Shown one piece after another: positions 21,893 through 30,474 of a stretch of 64,000 nt of DNA. Positions within the stretch are counted from its first letter, which is position 1. Every line of letters begins with the position of its first letter. The stretch is from Aequorivita sp. (GTDB taxonomy: Bacteria > Bacteroidota > Bacteroidia > Flavobacteriales > Flavobacteriaceae): NCBI GenBank assembly GCA_002715485.1, contig PAZL01000003.1, positions 17,620 through 81,619 of the forward strand. Direction: 5' to 3'. The notes under the pieces are model-generated. The model saw nothing but the letters and a program-made list of their open reading frames with translations, did no database searches and was not told where the DNA came from. Position numbers and translations under genes: made by a program.

Positions 21893-21934
21893 AATCGAGA
21901 GTTTTATTTCTTAGGAATATAACTCTCGATTTTT
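21893..21934 (+). terminator. Intrinsic terminator after yceI
   Basis: AATCGAGAGTT...AACTCTCGATT stem followed by T-run. Confidence 0.75.
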
Positions 21935-21968
21935 ATTTTAAAAGCCTTATAGCAATAAGCTTAACTTC

Positions 21969-21982
21969 TTACCATGGATCAA
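21969..21982 (+). promoter_or_regulatory. Crp/Fnr-type operator upstream of pirin
   Basis: TTACCATGGATCAA, 22 nt upstream of TAACTTTA (-7-like) at 22005-22012. Confidence 0.65.
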
Positions 21983-22036
21983 TAGATTAAAATTATTTAG
22001 AATGTAACTTTACGGTATAATTTTAAGGATAAGAAA

Positions 22037-22912
22037 ATGAAAACACGAAAATTAGAGCGCGTACTAACACCGCCAAGACCCCATATGGTTGGTGACGGAT
22101 TTAGGGTTCATCAATACATACCTTCTGCATTAGGCGCAGGTTTTGAAAGAATGGATCCATTTATAATGATGGACTATAATAGTAAATTTTACTTTCCGCC
22201 TACAGAAAGACCTCGTGGTGTAGATGTGCATCCACACCGAGGATTTGAAACAGTTACCATAGCCTATAAAGGAAGTGTAGCACACCACGATAGTGCTGGC
22301 AATAGTGGTGTGATTAAAGAAGGTGATGTGCAATGGATGACTGCAGCCTCAGGAATACTGCACAAAGAATATCACGAAGAGAATTTCAGCAGAGCGGGCG
22401 GTGATTTCCAAATGGTTCAATTGTGGGTAAACCTTCCTGCGAAAGACAAAATGAGCGCTCCAAAATATCAAGGTATTACTAATGAAGAAATGAAGAAAGT
22501 ACAGCTTTCCAATAATGCAGGAACAGTTGAAGTAATAGCTGGTGAATATAATGGAGAGAAAGGACCTGCAACTACCTTTACCCCCGTTAATATGCTAAAT
22601 GCAAAATTGAACAAAGGTGGAAATGCAACTTTCAATTTCCCCGAAAACTACAACACAGCAATCTTAGTAGTAAAAGGAAATATAAAGGTGAACAATTCCG
22701 AAGAAATAAAAACGGATGGTTTTGGACTTTTTGAAAATGAAGGTGATACTTTTACTATTGAGGCTCTTGACCAAGCAGTAGTTTTAGTACTTAGCGGAAA
22801 ACCCATCAATGAGCCAATCGCCGCTCAAGGTCCTTTTGTAATGAATACTCGTGCAGAGCTGGTTCAAGCGATCAGTGATTTTAATATGGGTAAGTTTGGG
22901 TATTTGGAATAG
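22037..22912 (+). CDS. Pirin family protein
   Basis: HPHRGFETVT, QWMTAASGILHKE, QLWVNLP, GPFVMNT. Confidence 0.95.
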   Translation: MKTRKLERVLTPPRPHMVGDGFRVHQYIPSALGAGFERMDPFIMMDYNSKFYFPPTERPRGVDVHPHRGFETVTIAYKGSVAHHDSAGNSGVIKEGDVQWMTAASGILHKEYHEENFSRAGGDFQMVQLWVNLPAKDKMSAPKYQGITNEEMKKVQLSNNAGTVEVIAGEYNGEKGPATTFTPVNMLNAKLNKGGNATFNFPENYNTAILVVKGNIKVNNSEEIKTDGFGLFENEGDTFTIEALDQAVVLVLSGKPINEPIAAQGPFVMNTRAELVQAISDFNMGKFGYLE

Positions 22913-22928
22913 AGAAAATTTTAATATG

Positions 22929-22972
22929 TCCGGCTCAATGCTCCTATAATTTTTTGTGAACATTTAGCCGGA
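22929..22972. terminator. Hairpin between convergent pirin and Crp/Fnr genes
   Basis: TCCGGCTCAATG...CATTTAGCCGGA inverted repeat. Confidence 0.55.
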
Positions 22973-22978
22973 TAGTTT

Positions 22979-23596
22979 TCAGCTTGGCTTAAAATTTTTG
23001 TGTGCCAACTCTTTTCGTACGCGGCTCAAGCTCTCGGGGGTAATACCCAAATAAGAAGCAATCATCCACTGTGGCACTCGTAACAATAAATCTGGGTACA
23101 TTTCAATAAAACTTAAATAGCGAACTTCTGCCGTTGCGCCCAGCAATAGATTGATTCTTTTTTGCATATGCCTAATGTGGTTGTGCAACAATTTATCGTT
23201 AAATCTTCTGAAATCAGGGCTGGTTTCATTTGCTTTACAAATAAAATCCTCCCCAATTAAAACTACTTCGGTATCTTCAATTGCTTCAATATAACTTTCT
23301 GAAGCGTCATTAAAATACACACTGCTCCTATCAACAATGAACCAGTTTTCGGGAGCAAATTGAATGACGTGCTCCTTGCCAGATTCATCAAGCATATACG
23401 AACGCAACAGACCTTTTTCCACAAAGAAGGAATGTTTGCAAACTGCGCCTTTGTTTAAAAGCAGTTTTCCCTTTAAAAAGCTGACTCTTTTTAATTCTGA
23501 AGATAAAAGCATTACTTCATCAATTGAAATTCCTGCAGTTCTCAACAAATAGGTTTCAAAAGGTTGCATTTTTATATTACTCTTATCGGGTTGCAT
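22979..23596 (-). CDS. Crp/Fnr family transcriptional regulator (Bacteroidota type)
   Basis: cNMP-binding domain (FVEKGLLRSY...IEAIED) and HTH IASYLGITPESLSRVR; start may be the second Met. Confidence 0.92.
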   Translation of the reverse strand: MQPDKSNIKMQPFETYLLRTAGISIDEVMLLSSELKRVSFLKGKLLLNKGAVCKHSFFVEKGLLRSYMLDESGKEHVIQFAPENWFIVDRSSVYFNDASESYIEAIEDTEVVLIGEDFICKANETSPDFRRFNDKLLHNHIRHMQKRINLLLGATAEVRYLSFIEMYPDLLLRVPQWMIASYLGITPESLSRVRKELAHKNFKPS

Positions 23597-23649
23597 TATA
23601 TAGGTTTTAGATACATTTTAAAATTACGATATTCTTTCGAATATACTCT

Positions 23650-23664
23650 TGGCACTTTTTTTGT
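23650..23664 (+). promoter_or_regulatory. Putative sigma54-type (-24/-12) promoter of exbD-like gene
   Basis: TGGCAC-TTTTT-TTGT, 35 nt upstream of ATG 23700. Confidence 0.5.
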
Positions 23665-23699
23665 TTTCTGAACAAGTGAACACTAAACCACTTTCATTT

Positions 23700-24254
23700 A
23701 TGAGAAATTCTACAACGCCCTCCGTAAATGCCGGCAGTATGGCCGACATTGCTTTTTTACTTTTGATTTTCTTCTTGGTAACCTCTATGATTCCAAATGA
23801 CAAGGGAATTGCACAAAACCTGCCTCAAGCCTGCCCTCCTGGTGCAGACTGTAATATTCCTATTAAAAAGAATAATCTTTTCACCATAAACGTCAATCAA
23901 AAAGGTGAAATCATGGCCAATTCGGAAATAACAAACATTAAAGATTTAAAAGAAAAATTAAAGGATTTTATTGATAACAATGCCGATAAATCTTGTCTTT
24001 ATTGTAAAGGTGCCCAGCTTGAAGCCGCTTCCGACAATCCGACAAAAGCTTCTATTTCATTATCAATACATCGTGAAGCTCCTTATCAAAGCTTTATTAC
24101 AGTTCAGGACGAAATAGCAAAAGCGTATTTTGAATTGCGGGAAACCTACGTTGCTGAAGTTTTGAAAAAAGATGTTTCTAAAATTACTGAAAAGGAATTA
24201 AAAAAAGTGCAGGAGGCCTATCCTTTCCGTATTATCGAACCATCTCAGCGATAG
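23700..24254 (+). CDS. exbD: ExbD/TolR family biopolymer transporter (orphan)
   Basis: VNAGSMADIAFLLLIFFLVT motif; ATG at 23700 preferred over TTG 23649. Confidence 0.85.
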   Translation: MRNSTTPSVNAGSMADIAFLLLIFFLVTSMIPNDKGIAQNLPQACPPGADCNIPIKKNNLFTINVNQKGEIMANSEITNIKDLKEKLKDFIDNNADKSCLYCKGAQLEAASDNPTKASISLSIHREAPYQSFITVQDEIAKAYFELRETYVAEVLKKDVSKITEKELKKVQEAYPFRIIEPSQR

Positions 24255-24320
24255 TCATAAAAATCCTTTCATTGTATGATAAAATTTTATTCTAAATTTA
24301 TATCTGTAATACATATTATA

Positions 24321-24497
24321 ATGAAATGGACCTTTGAAAACTTTAAACCCAAACTACAGAATCTGACACCCGAAGTTCGGGAAAAGGTATTGGAGATTGC
24401 TCACGAAATTATGGAAACAGGTAGTGTTTCAGAAGAAAAGGCAATTTCCCAAGCTATTATTAAAGCAGAAGAATGGTTTTACGACTTGGAAGGATAA
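24321..24497 (+). CDS. Small hypothetical protein (resembles N-terminus of DUF2188/YdaT-type proteins)
   Basis: MKWTFENF...LTPEVREKVLEIA...EEKAISQAIIKAEEW. Confidence 0.6.
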   Translation: MKWTFENFKPKLQNLTPEVREKVLEIAHEIMETGSVSEEKAISQAIIKAEEWFYDLEG

Positions 24498-24526
24498 ATT
24501 AAGAATTTGTAAAAGATTTTTAACTG

Positions 24527-25093
24527 ATGACAAAAAATAACAAGCAATTAATAGCGCAACAAAGCAAGGAAATTCTCGAAATTTTAAAAACTCGTTTTGA
24601 GAAAAACATGAAGCGCCATACAGCTATTAAGTGGTTAAAGGTACAAGAAAAACTGGAGGCCAATCCCGAGAAAATTTGGTCTCTATACCAGATGGAAAAA
24701 ACCGACGGTGAGCCCGATGTTATAGGCTTTGATAAAAAAACCAATGAATATATTTTTTATGATTGCTCAGCCGAAAGTCCAAAAGGCCGCAGAAGCCTTT
24801 GTTACGATAATGAAGCTTTGGAAGCGAGAAAAGAACACAAGCCAAAAAATAGTGCCGTTGGCATGGCTACTGAGATGGGTATTGAACTTTTAACCGAAAA
24901 GCAATATCGCGAATTACAACAATTGGGAAAATTTGACATTAAAACTTCCAGTTGGCTAAACACTCCAGAAAATATCAGAAAACTTGGAGGAGCCATTTTT
25001 GGAGATTTTCGTTTTGACACTGTGTTTATTTACCACAACGGAGCCCAATCATATTACGCAGGGCGTGGTTTTCGCGGAGCGCTACGCGTGTAG
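24527..25093 (+). CDS. DUF4256 family protein
   Basis: RFEKNMKRH, GEPDV, ESPKGRRSLCYD, YHNGAQSYYAGRGFRG. Confidence 0.9.
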   Translation: MTKNNKQLIAQQSKEILEILKTRFEKNMKRHTAIKWLKVQEKLEANPEKIWSLYQMEKTDGEPDVIGFDKKTNEYIFYDCSAESPKGRRSLCYDNEALEARKEHKPKNSAVGMATEMGIELLTEKQYRELQQLGKFDIKTSSWLNTPENIRKLGGAIFGDFRFDTVFIYHNGAQSYYAGRGFRGALRV

Positions 25094-25095
25094 CC

Positions 25096-26361
25096 TTATA
25101 GCTTCTCGTGTTCCTCTAAATCTTTTCTCAAATCAAGTTTTCGAAGTTTAGGAAAAACGAATCCGGTTCCCAATACCGTCAAAATAGTCATTCCCCCTCC
25201 GAAAACTACTGCGGTAACCGTTCCCATCAACTTGGCGGTGAGCCCGCTTTCAAAAGCACCCAATTCATTGGATGACCCCACAAACATAGAATTTACGGAA
25301 GCCACGCGGCCACGCATGGCATCGGGAGTTCGAAGTTGAAGAATCGTTTGCCGGATTACCATAGAAATTCCATCGGTGGCACCACTCAGAAAAAGTGCAA
25401 TTACCGAAACCCAAAACCATGTGGAAATTCCAAAAACAATGATACAAACCCCAAACCCAAATATTGCGGCTAGCAATTTCATTCCTGCGTTTTTATTCAG
25501 TGGAAAATGTGCTGATGTAAACATAATTAGCAAAGCGCCCACAGCGGGTGCGGCTCTAAGTATTCCAAAACCTTCAGGACCCACTTTCAAAATATCCTGT
25601 GCATAAATGGGCAGCAGCGCCACTGCCCCACCAAATAGCACGGCAAACATATCTAATGTAAGTGCACCTAAAATTACCCGTGTGTTTTTTACAAACTTAA
25701 TTCCCTCTTTTAAACTTTTCATAACAGGTTCACCAATGTTTGGGTTTAAGATTGGTTTCTTCGGAATTTGAAGCAAAAGTAACAGAGCCATCAATGAAAA
25801 AGCAAAAACAAAGCACATAGACCAATGCACGCCAATCCAATGAATAAAAAATCCTCCAGCAGCAGGACCTACCACGGCGCCCATCTGCCAAACGGAACTA
25901 CTCCATGTGGCTGCGTTGGGATATATTTTTTTTGGAATTAATAAAGAGAACAACGAAAAAATTGTGGGGCCCAAAAAAGCACGGACAATTCCACCGAGGA
26001 AAACTAAAAAATAAACGGAATAGAGAATTACACTAGTAGAAAAGTCTGCCACAATTCTAGGCCAGGTCAGTAAAAATAAACCAAGGCTAACCACTGAAAA
26101 ACCAAAAATACATTTTATGAGAAGTCCTCTTTTTTCATTTTGATCTACAATGTGACCAGCAAAAAGTGCCATGGCAACTGCAGGAATTACTTCCATTAAA
26201 CCTATTATACCTAGTGAAAGCGGATCTTTTGTCAAACTATAAACTTCCCATTCAATAACTACAAACTGCATGCTCCAAGCAAAGACCATCGCAAAACGAA
26301 CCATTAGAAAAATATTGAATTCCCGAAATCGTAATGCAGCGTAGGGATCGGTTTTCTTCAT
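25096..26361 (-). CDS. MFS transporter (MFS_3/EntS-like)
   Basis: 12 TM; LDMFAVLFGGA, TPDAMRGRV, SNELGAFESG. Confidence 0.9.
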   Translation of the reverse strand: MKKTDPYAALRFREFNIFLMVRFAMVFAWSMQFVVIEWEVYSLTKDPLSLGIIGLMEVIPAVAMALFAGHIVDQNEKRGLLIKCIFGFSVVSLGLFLLTWPRIVADFSTSVILYSVYFLVFLGGIVRAFLGPTIFSLFSLLIPKKIYPNAATWSSSVWQMGAVVGPAAGGFFIHWIGVHWSMCFVFAFSLMALLLLLQIPKKPILNPNIGEPVMKSLKEGIKFVKNTRVILGALTLDMFAVLFGGAVALLPIYAQDILKVGPEGFGILRAAPAVGALLIMFTSAHFPLNKNAGMKLLAAIFGFGVCIIVFGISTWFWVSVIALFLSGATDGISMVIRQTILQLRTPDAMRGRVASVNSMFVGSSNELGAFESGLTAKLMGTVTAVVFGGGMTILTVLGTGFVFPKLRKLDLRKDLEEHEKL

Positions 26362-26430
26362 TTAAAAGAAGTAGTTTTTTTTAAGAATGAAATATTTTCA
26401 CGAAGAAACTACTCCGCTAATTCAAAAGTA

Positions 26431-27045
26431 CTACACCAAACTGAATATGGCAATGGCATACAGATAAAAACGTACAAAACGAAGCAGGCCAAACAAAAGA
26501 TAATTTCTGAATTTATAGTGGATCATACCTGCAGCCATACTGGTCATGGAAAAAGGAATGGGCAACAGTGCGCCTACTACTATTAAGAAACCACCCCATT
26601 TACGAATGTGTTTTAAATGTTTTTTCATCTTTCCCTCCATATATTCATAAACACGAGGAATGGTAAAAACCCATTTTCCAATAAAGTATGAAATAATACC
26701 ACCAATATATGACAGCGCTGCCAGTAAGGTTAAATAAAGCAAAGGCTGTGGCATTTTATCGCTCCAAGCTATAAAAATTTCTGGCGGAACAAGGCCTAAA
26801 AGTGATTCCGAAGCAAGGAACACAAGCAGAATGTTTATTGGCGCATAGGTTTCAGTAATATAAGTGAAAAGATTACTGAAGTCAACCACATAAAGGTCTA
26901 CGACAATTAATGCTGCTACCACTAAAAGAATCGGTACTATTGCTTTTTTAAGGCTTTGCCCTACAAAAGAATAAAAGCCAGTGTATTTATAATAAAGATG
27001 AGTCCGTTTTAATTTATTGGTTTCGGATTTTTTTATGGTGTTCAT
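26431..27045 (-). CDS. YqaA/DedA (VTT/SNARE-associated) membrane protein
   Basis: SESLLGLVPPE, ALLPIPF, LLRFVRF. Confidence 0.75.
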   Translation of the reverse strand: MNTIKKSETNKLKRTHLYYKYTGFYSFVGQSLKKAIVPILLVVAALIVVDLYVVDFSNLFTYITETYAPINILLVFLASESLLGLVPPEIFIAWSDKMPQPLLYLTLLAALSYIGGIISYFIGKWVFTIPRVYEYMEGKMKKHLKHIRKWGGFLIVVGALLPIPFSMTSMAAGMIHYKFRNYLLFGLLRFVRFYLYAIAIFSLV

Positions 27046-27266
27046 TACAATTTGGGATAACTCTTTGGAATTTTAATAAATAAACTTCAAAATAAATAAT
27101 TGCAGTTTACTGAGGTGCAAATATATAGTTAAAGCCCCTACCCTGCAAGCATTTGGCAATTGTTTGGAGGTTAATGGAATGTTAAACATCTTGCATTCAA
27201 CTTTTTTAAAAAATCCATCTTAAAAGTTAATGTTTCGTTAAATCAATACTTTGCATTACATAGTAC

Positions 27267-27294
27267 TGTAACAATATTTCAATACTTGCGTCTT
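27267..27294 (+). promoter_or_regulatory. ECF-sigma-type promoter for micro-peptide array
   Basis: TGTAAC-N16-CGTCTT, 30 nt upstream of ATG 27325. Confidence 0.6.
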
Positions 27295-27324
27295 TTAGAT
27301 ATAACCCAATAAAAACTTTTTATT

Positions 27325-27411
27325 ATGAGAACATTAGACAGCAACAAATTAACAGCAAAGATGAAAACTTCAAGAGCTTATTCCTGGAATTTAAGAAGAA
27401 GATTTCATTAA
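27325..27411 (+). CDS. Unannotated 28-aa basic micro-peptide 1 (MRTLDSNKLTAKMKTSRAYSWNLRRRFH)
   Basis: Manual translation; A-rich Bacteroidota-type initiation region; paralog of the next sORF. Confidence 0.7.
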   Translation: MRTLDSNKLTAKMKTSRAYSWNLRRRFH

Positions 27412-27440
27412 AAATTCAAATAAATTAAATTTTAAAAATC

Positions 27441-27527
27441 ATGAGAACATTAGACAGCAACGAAAAACAACACAGACCTATAAATTCCAAATCACATTTA
27501 TGGAATTCGAAAAGACGTTTTAAATAA
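27441..27527 (+). CDS. Unannotated 28-aa basic micro-peptide 2 (MRTLDSNEKQHRPINSKSHLWNSKRRFK)
   Basis: Manual translation; same length as peptide 1, first 21 nt identical, WN and RRF conserved. Confidence 0.7.
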   Translation: MRTLDSNEKQHRPINSKSHLWNSKRRFK

Positions 27528-27555
27528 CGTATTTCAATAAACCAATAAATTAACT

Positions 27556-27690
27556 ATGAAAACCTTACGAAACATTCAAAAGAGAATTAAATGTGGATCA
27601 CAAAAGCAACATACGTTGAACTATCTAAACTCCAACAAGCATCTGTTTGAGGATCCAACAATTAGAAAAACATGCAGATATATTTATTGA
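27556..27690 (+). CDS. Unannotated 44-aa basic peptide 3 (MKTLRNIQKRIKCGSQKQHTLNYLNSNKHLFEDPTIRKTCRYIY)
   Basis: Manual translation; AACCAATAAATTAACT-ATG initiation region; shares M[KR]TL and KQH..NS..HL[FW] with peptide 2. Confidence 0.7.
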   Translation: MKTLRNIQKRIKCGSQKQHTLNYLNSNKHLFEDPTIRKTCRYIY

Positions 27691-27738
27691 GACATATAAA
27701 ATCAAAAACTGACTAAAGCTGGATTGAAGAAATTTGAT

Positions 27739-28023
27739 TCAGCTTTTTTCTTTCCCCCTGTTCAAATTAGGTTTTTGTGCAGCTGGTTTTTTCTTTTCCG
27801 GCATGGGGCCTCTTAAGTGAATTACCAATCCATTTAAAAAATTTCGAAGAAACTGATCGCCACATTCCATATATTTTGGATGGTTCTCATTTCTGAAAAT
27901 GGCGCCCAATTCACTTTTGGTTACAGCAAAATCAACCAGCGAGCATATTTTTACAATATCTTCATCGCGCAGTTTATGTGCTACACGTAGTTTTTTCATT
28001 ATGTCGTTGTTTGAAAGTGCCAT
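27739..28023 (-). CDS. DUF1456 (YehS-like) family protein
   Basis: NNDIMKKLRVA...CGDQFLRNFLNGLVIHLRG. Confidence 0.9.
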   Translation of the reverse strand: MALSNNDIMKKLRVAHKLRDEDIVKICSLVDFAVTKSELGAIFRNENHPKYMECGDQFLRNFLNGLVIHLRGPMPEKKKPAAQKPNLNRGKEKS

Positions 28024-28161
28024 TTTTCTTTAAGTTGAAACTATATTGCGAAGGTATCAAACTTAAATTGTAAATCTTAAATAGCTGTTATATTTTATTT
28101 AATATGTGTTAAATGACCTGTAGTTTTTCATCAATTAAAATATCTTTAAAAGAAAAAAAAT

Positions 28162-28458
28162 ATGAAAACTTCAGAAAAGAAAAATAATAAAGAAAATGAA
28201 AAACTTCCTTATAATCCAAATGTGACTGAACATGATAAGGATATGCTGTCACAAAAAAACATTCACCGTGATGGCGGCGATGATCAGCAACTTCGCGATC
28301 GCAAACAACAAGTAGATTTTGCAGGAAAAGATTTGGATGTGCCAGGCCGCGAGCAAGCAAAAAAGGCAAACGGAAATGGACTTCGTGATGAAGAGAACAA
28401 ATTATTCAGCCAAGGTGGAGAGGATAACGAAAATCTTGAGCAAGATAAACCTCTATAA
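28162..28458 (+). CDS. Hydrophilic hypothetical (stress-type) protein
   Basis: VDFAGKDLDVPG...DEENKLFSQGG, a pattern I recall from Flavobacteriaceae. Confidence 0.7.
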   Translation: MKTSEKKNNKENEKLPYNPNVTEHDKDMLSQKNIHRDGGDDQQLRDRKQQVDFAGKDLDVPGREQAKKANGNGLRDEENKLFSQGGEDNENLEQDKPL

Positions 28459-28464
28459 TTTATA

Positions 28465-28920
28465 TCATTTCCCGGTTGGCACCATGTAAATTGGGATCTT
28501 TGTATGTTCCAACACACTGGATGCTACAGTTCCGAGAAATATTTTTTCCAATGTTCCATGGCTATGGGTTCCCATAACAATTATATCTGCCTGCCATTCT
28601 TGGGCATACTCTAAAATACTTTTTGCTGTATCACCTTCTGCTAAATGGGTAGTGATATTTTCTTTTCCTATATGCGTGGCGGTTTTATCAAGATAATCCT
28701 GTGCTACTTTTACAAATTCTTCCTGTATTCTAAAATCTACGGGAAAAGCATAGCCCTCGTAACCCATAAATGGTTCATATTGCATTCCGTAATAACGTAC
28801 ATCAGCGAGCACATGCAGTAAACAGATTTCAGCGTCCATTAACTGTGCAAGCTCTTTTCCTTTGCTTACAACTTTTTCTGAATTTGGGTTGTAGTCTAAA
28901 GCTATTAATACCTTTTTCAT
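28465..28920 (-). CDS. Universal stress protein
   Basis: KKVLIALD, LLHV, DIIVMGTHSHG...GTVASSVL. Confidence 0.93.
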   Translation of the reverse strand: MKKVLIALDYNPNSEKVVSKGKELAQLMDAEICLLHVLADVRYYGMQYEPFMGYEGYAFPVDFRIQEEFVKVAQDYLDKTATHIGKENITTHLAEGDTAKSILEYAQEWQADIIVMGTHSHGTLEKIFLGTVASSVLEHTKIPIYMVPTGK

Positions 28921-28947
28921 TTCTATTTACTTGTTAGTTGTTTTCAT

Positions 28948-30459
28948 TCATTGTAACAATTGTCCCTCCTTTACTGGTGGATATATTTCAGAATAACTTT
29001 TAATGTTGGTTTCCACTTGCTTAAAGATATAACTTCTATTTAAGTCTGAAAGCTTATTACAGCCAGCAGCCGCAAAAAGTTCTAAAAATTCCTTTACGGT
29101 TTCACCTTGATAATTCTTTACGCGTTTCCACTTTTCGGAAACTACCAAACCCCGCATTAGGCTAGGGTTGTTGGTTGCAACTCCCGTGGGACAAGTATTT
29201 CTGTCACACCGCAAGGCCTGAATACAACCAAGTGCCAGCATCATTCCCCTTGCAGAATTGCAAATATCTGCACCAATGGACAATGCCTTAAAAATATCAA
29301 AAGATGTAAAAATTTTGGTTGCCGTGATTACTTTTATGTCTTTTTTTAAATTATATCCTCGCAAAGAATCCACCACAAAAACCAATGCCTTTTCCCAAGG
29401 CATGCCCACATAATTTGAAAAATCTATGGGTGCTGCCCCAGTACCTCCCTCCGATCCGTCTACGGTTATAAAGTCTGGTTTAATACCGGTTTCAACCATT
29501 TTTTCACAAATTTCCAAGAACTCTTCTTTACTACCAATGCACAATTTGAAACCGATAGGTTTACCGTCACTCAAATCGCGCATTTCCTGAATAAATTTAA
29601 GCAATCCTTCCGCATCATCAAAAGCACTATGCCCAGGTGGCGAAAGCACTGTTGTTTGTGGTTTTACGCCCCTAATTTTTGCAATTTCTTCATTATTCTT
29701 TACCGCTGGAAGCACACCTCCGTGTCCAGGCTTTGCTCCTTGGCTAATTTTAATTTCAATCATTTTGACAGCAGGAATTGCTGCTTTCTCTCTAAATTTT
29801 TCAGGTGAAAATTTACCGTCTTCCGTTCTGCAGCCGAAATAGCCTGTACCCACTTCGTAAACCAAATCGCCACCTTTTAAATGATATTCTGAAATACCAC
29901 CTTCGCCCGTATCGTGAAAAAAGTTACCGGCTTTTGCTCCAAGATTCAATGCCATAATCGCATTTTTGCTCAAAGCCCCATAACTCATGGCAGAAATATT
30001 AAAAATACTAGCACTATATGGCTGTTTGCAAGATGGCCCACCTACTAGAACGCGTGGAGGTTCCTCAAGAAGCTTTGAGGGATAAATGCTGTGCTTCATC
30101 CACTTATAGTTCTCCTGCTCCACATTTAGCTCAGTACCAAAAGGATGGGTCTCATTCTGAAGTTTAGCCCGTTCGTAAATATAGGTGCGATGATTTCTAT
30201 CGATAGGTTTTCCGTCTGTATCGGTCTCTACAAAGTATTGATGTATTTCGGGGCCTATCATTTCCAACAGATATCGCATATGCCCCAATACTGGAAAATT
30301 TCTCAGAATGGTGTGTTTCTTTTGAAATAAATCATAAATGCCTATTCCAAAAATTAGTACTGCCAAGAAAGAGAAACCGTATACGGGCCAAATGGCCGTA
30401 CACGTAATAATTGCGATTATTCCCAAGGCTATGAACGTAAATTTTATGGCTTCTCTCAT
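28948..30459 (-). CDS. FMN-binding glutamate synthase family protein
   Basis: ISAMSYGALS, DTGEGG, EIKISQGAKPGHGG, DGSEGGTGAA, CIQALRCDRNTCPTG. Confidence 0.92.
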   Translation of the reverse strand: MREAIKFTFIALGIIAIITCTAIWPVYGFSFLAVLIFGIGIYDLFQKKHTILRNFPVLGHMRYLLEMIGPEIHQYFVETDTDGKPIDRNHRTYIYERAKLQNETHPFGTELNVEQENYKWMKHSIYPSKLLEEPPRVLVGGPSCKQPYSASIFNISAMSYGALSKNAIMALNLGAKAGNFFHDTGEGGISEYHLKGGDLVYEVGTGYFGCRTEDGKFSPEKFREKAAIPAVKMIEIKISQGAKPGHGGVLPAVKNNEEIAKIRGVKPQTTVLSPPGHSAFDDAEGLLKFIQEMRDLSDGKPIGFKLCIGSKEEFLEICEKMVETGIKPDFITVDGSEGGTGAAPIDFSNYVGMPWEKALVFVVDSLRGYNLKKDIKVITATKIFTSFDIFKALSIGADICNSARGMMLALGCIQALRCDRNTCPTGVATNNPSLMRGLVVSEKWKRVKNYQGETVKEFLELFAAAGCNKLSDLNRSYIFKQVETNIKSYSEIYPPVKEGQLLQ

Positions 30460-30474
30460 TATTAAAAAATAAAA

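Noticed and set aside
27325-27461. 21-nt direct repeat ATGAGAACATTAGACAGCAAC as a CRISPR repeat or att site
   Set aside because: There are only two copies, 116 nt apart, each starting at a start codon, with no cas or integrase gene. Peptide-gene duplication explains it.
27385-27521. WNLRRRF / WNSKRRF resemble the darobactin core pattern (WNWSKSF; W-N-x-x-K/R-x-F)
   Set aside because: The cross-linked Trp3 is absent and there is no radical-SAM maturase or exporter in the window, so the resemblance alone does not support a RiPP call.
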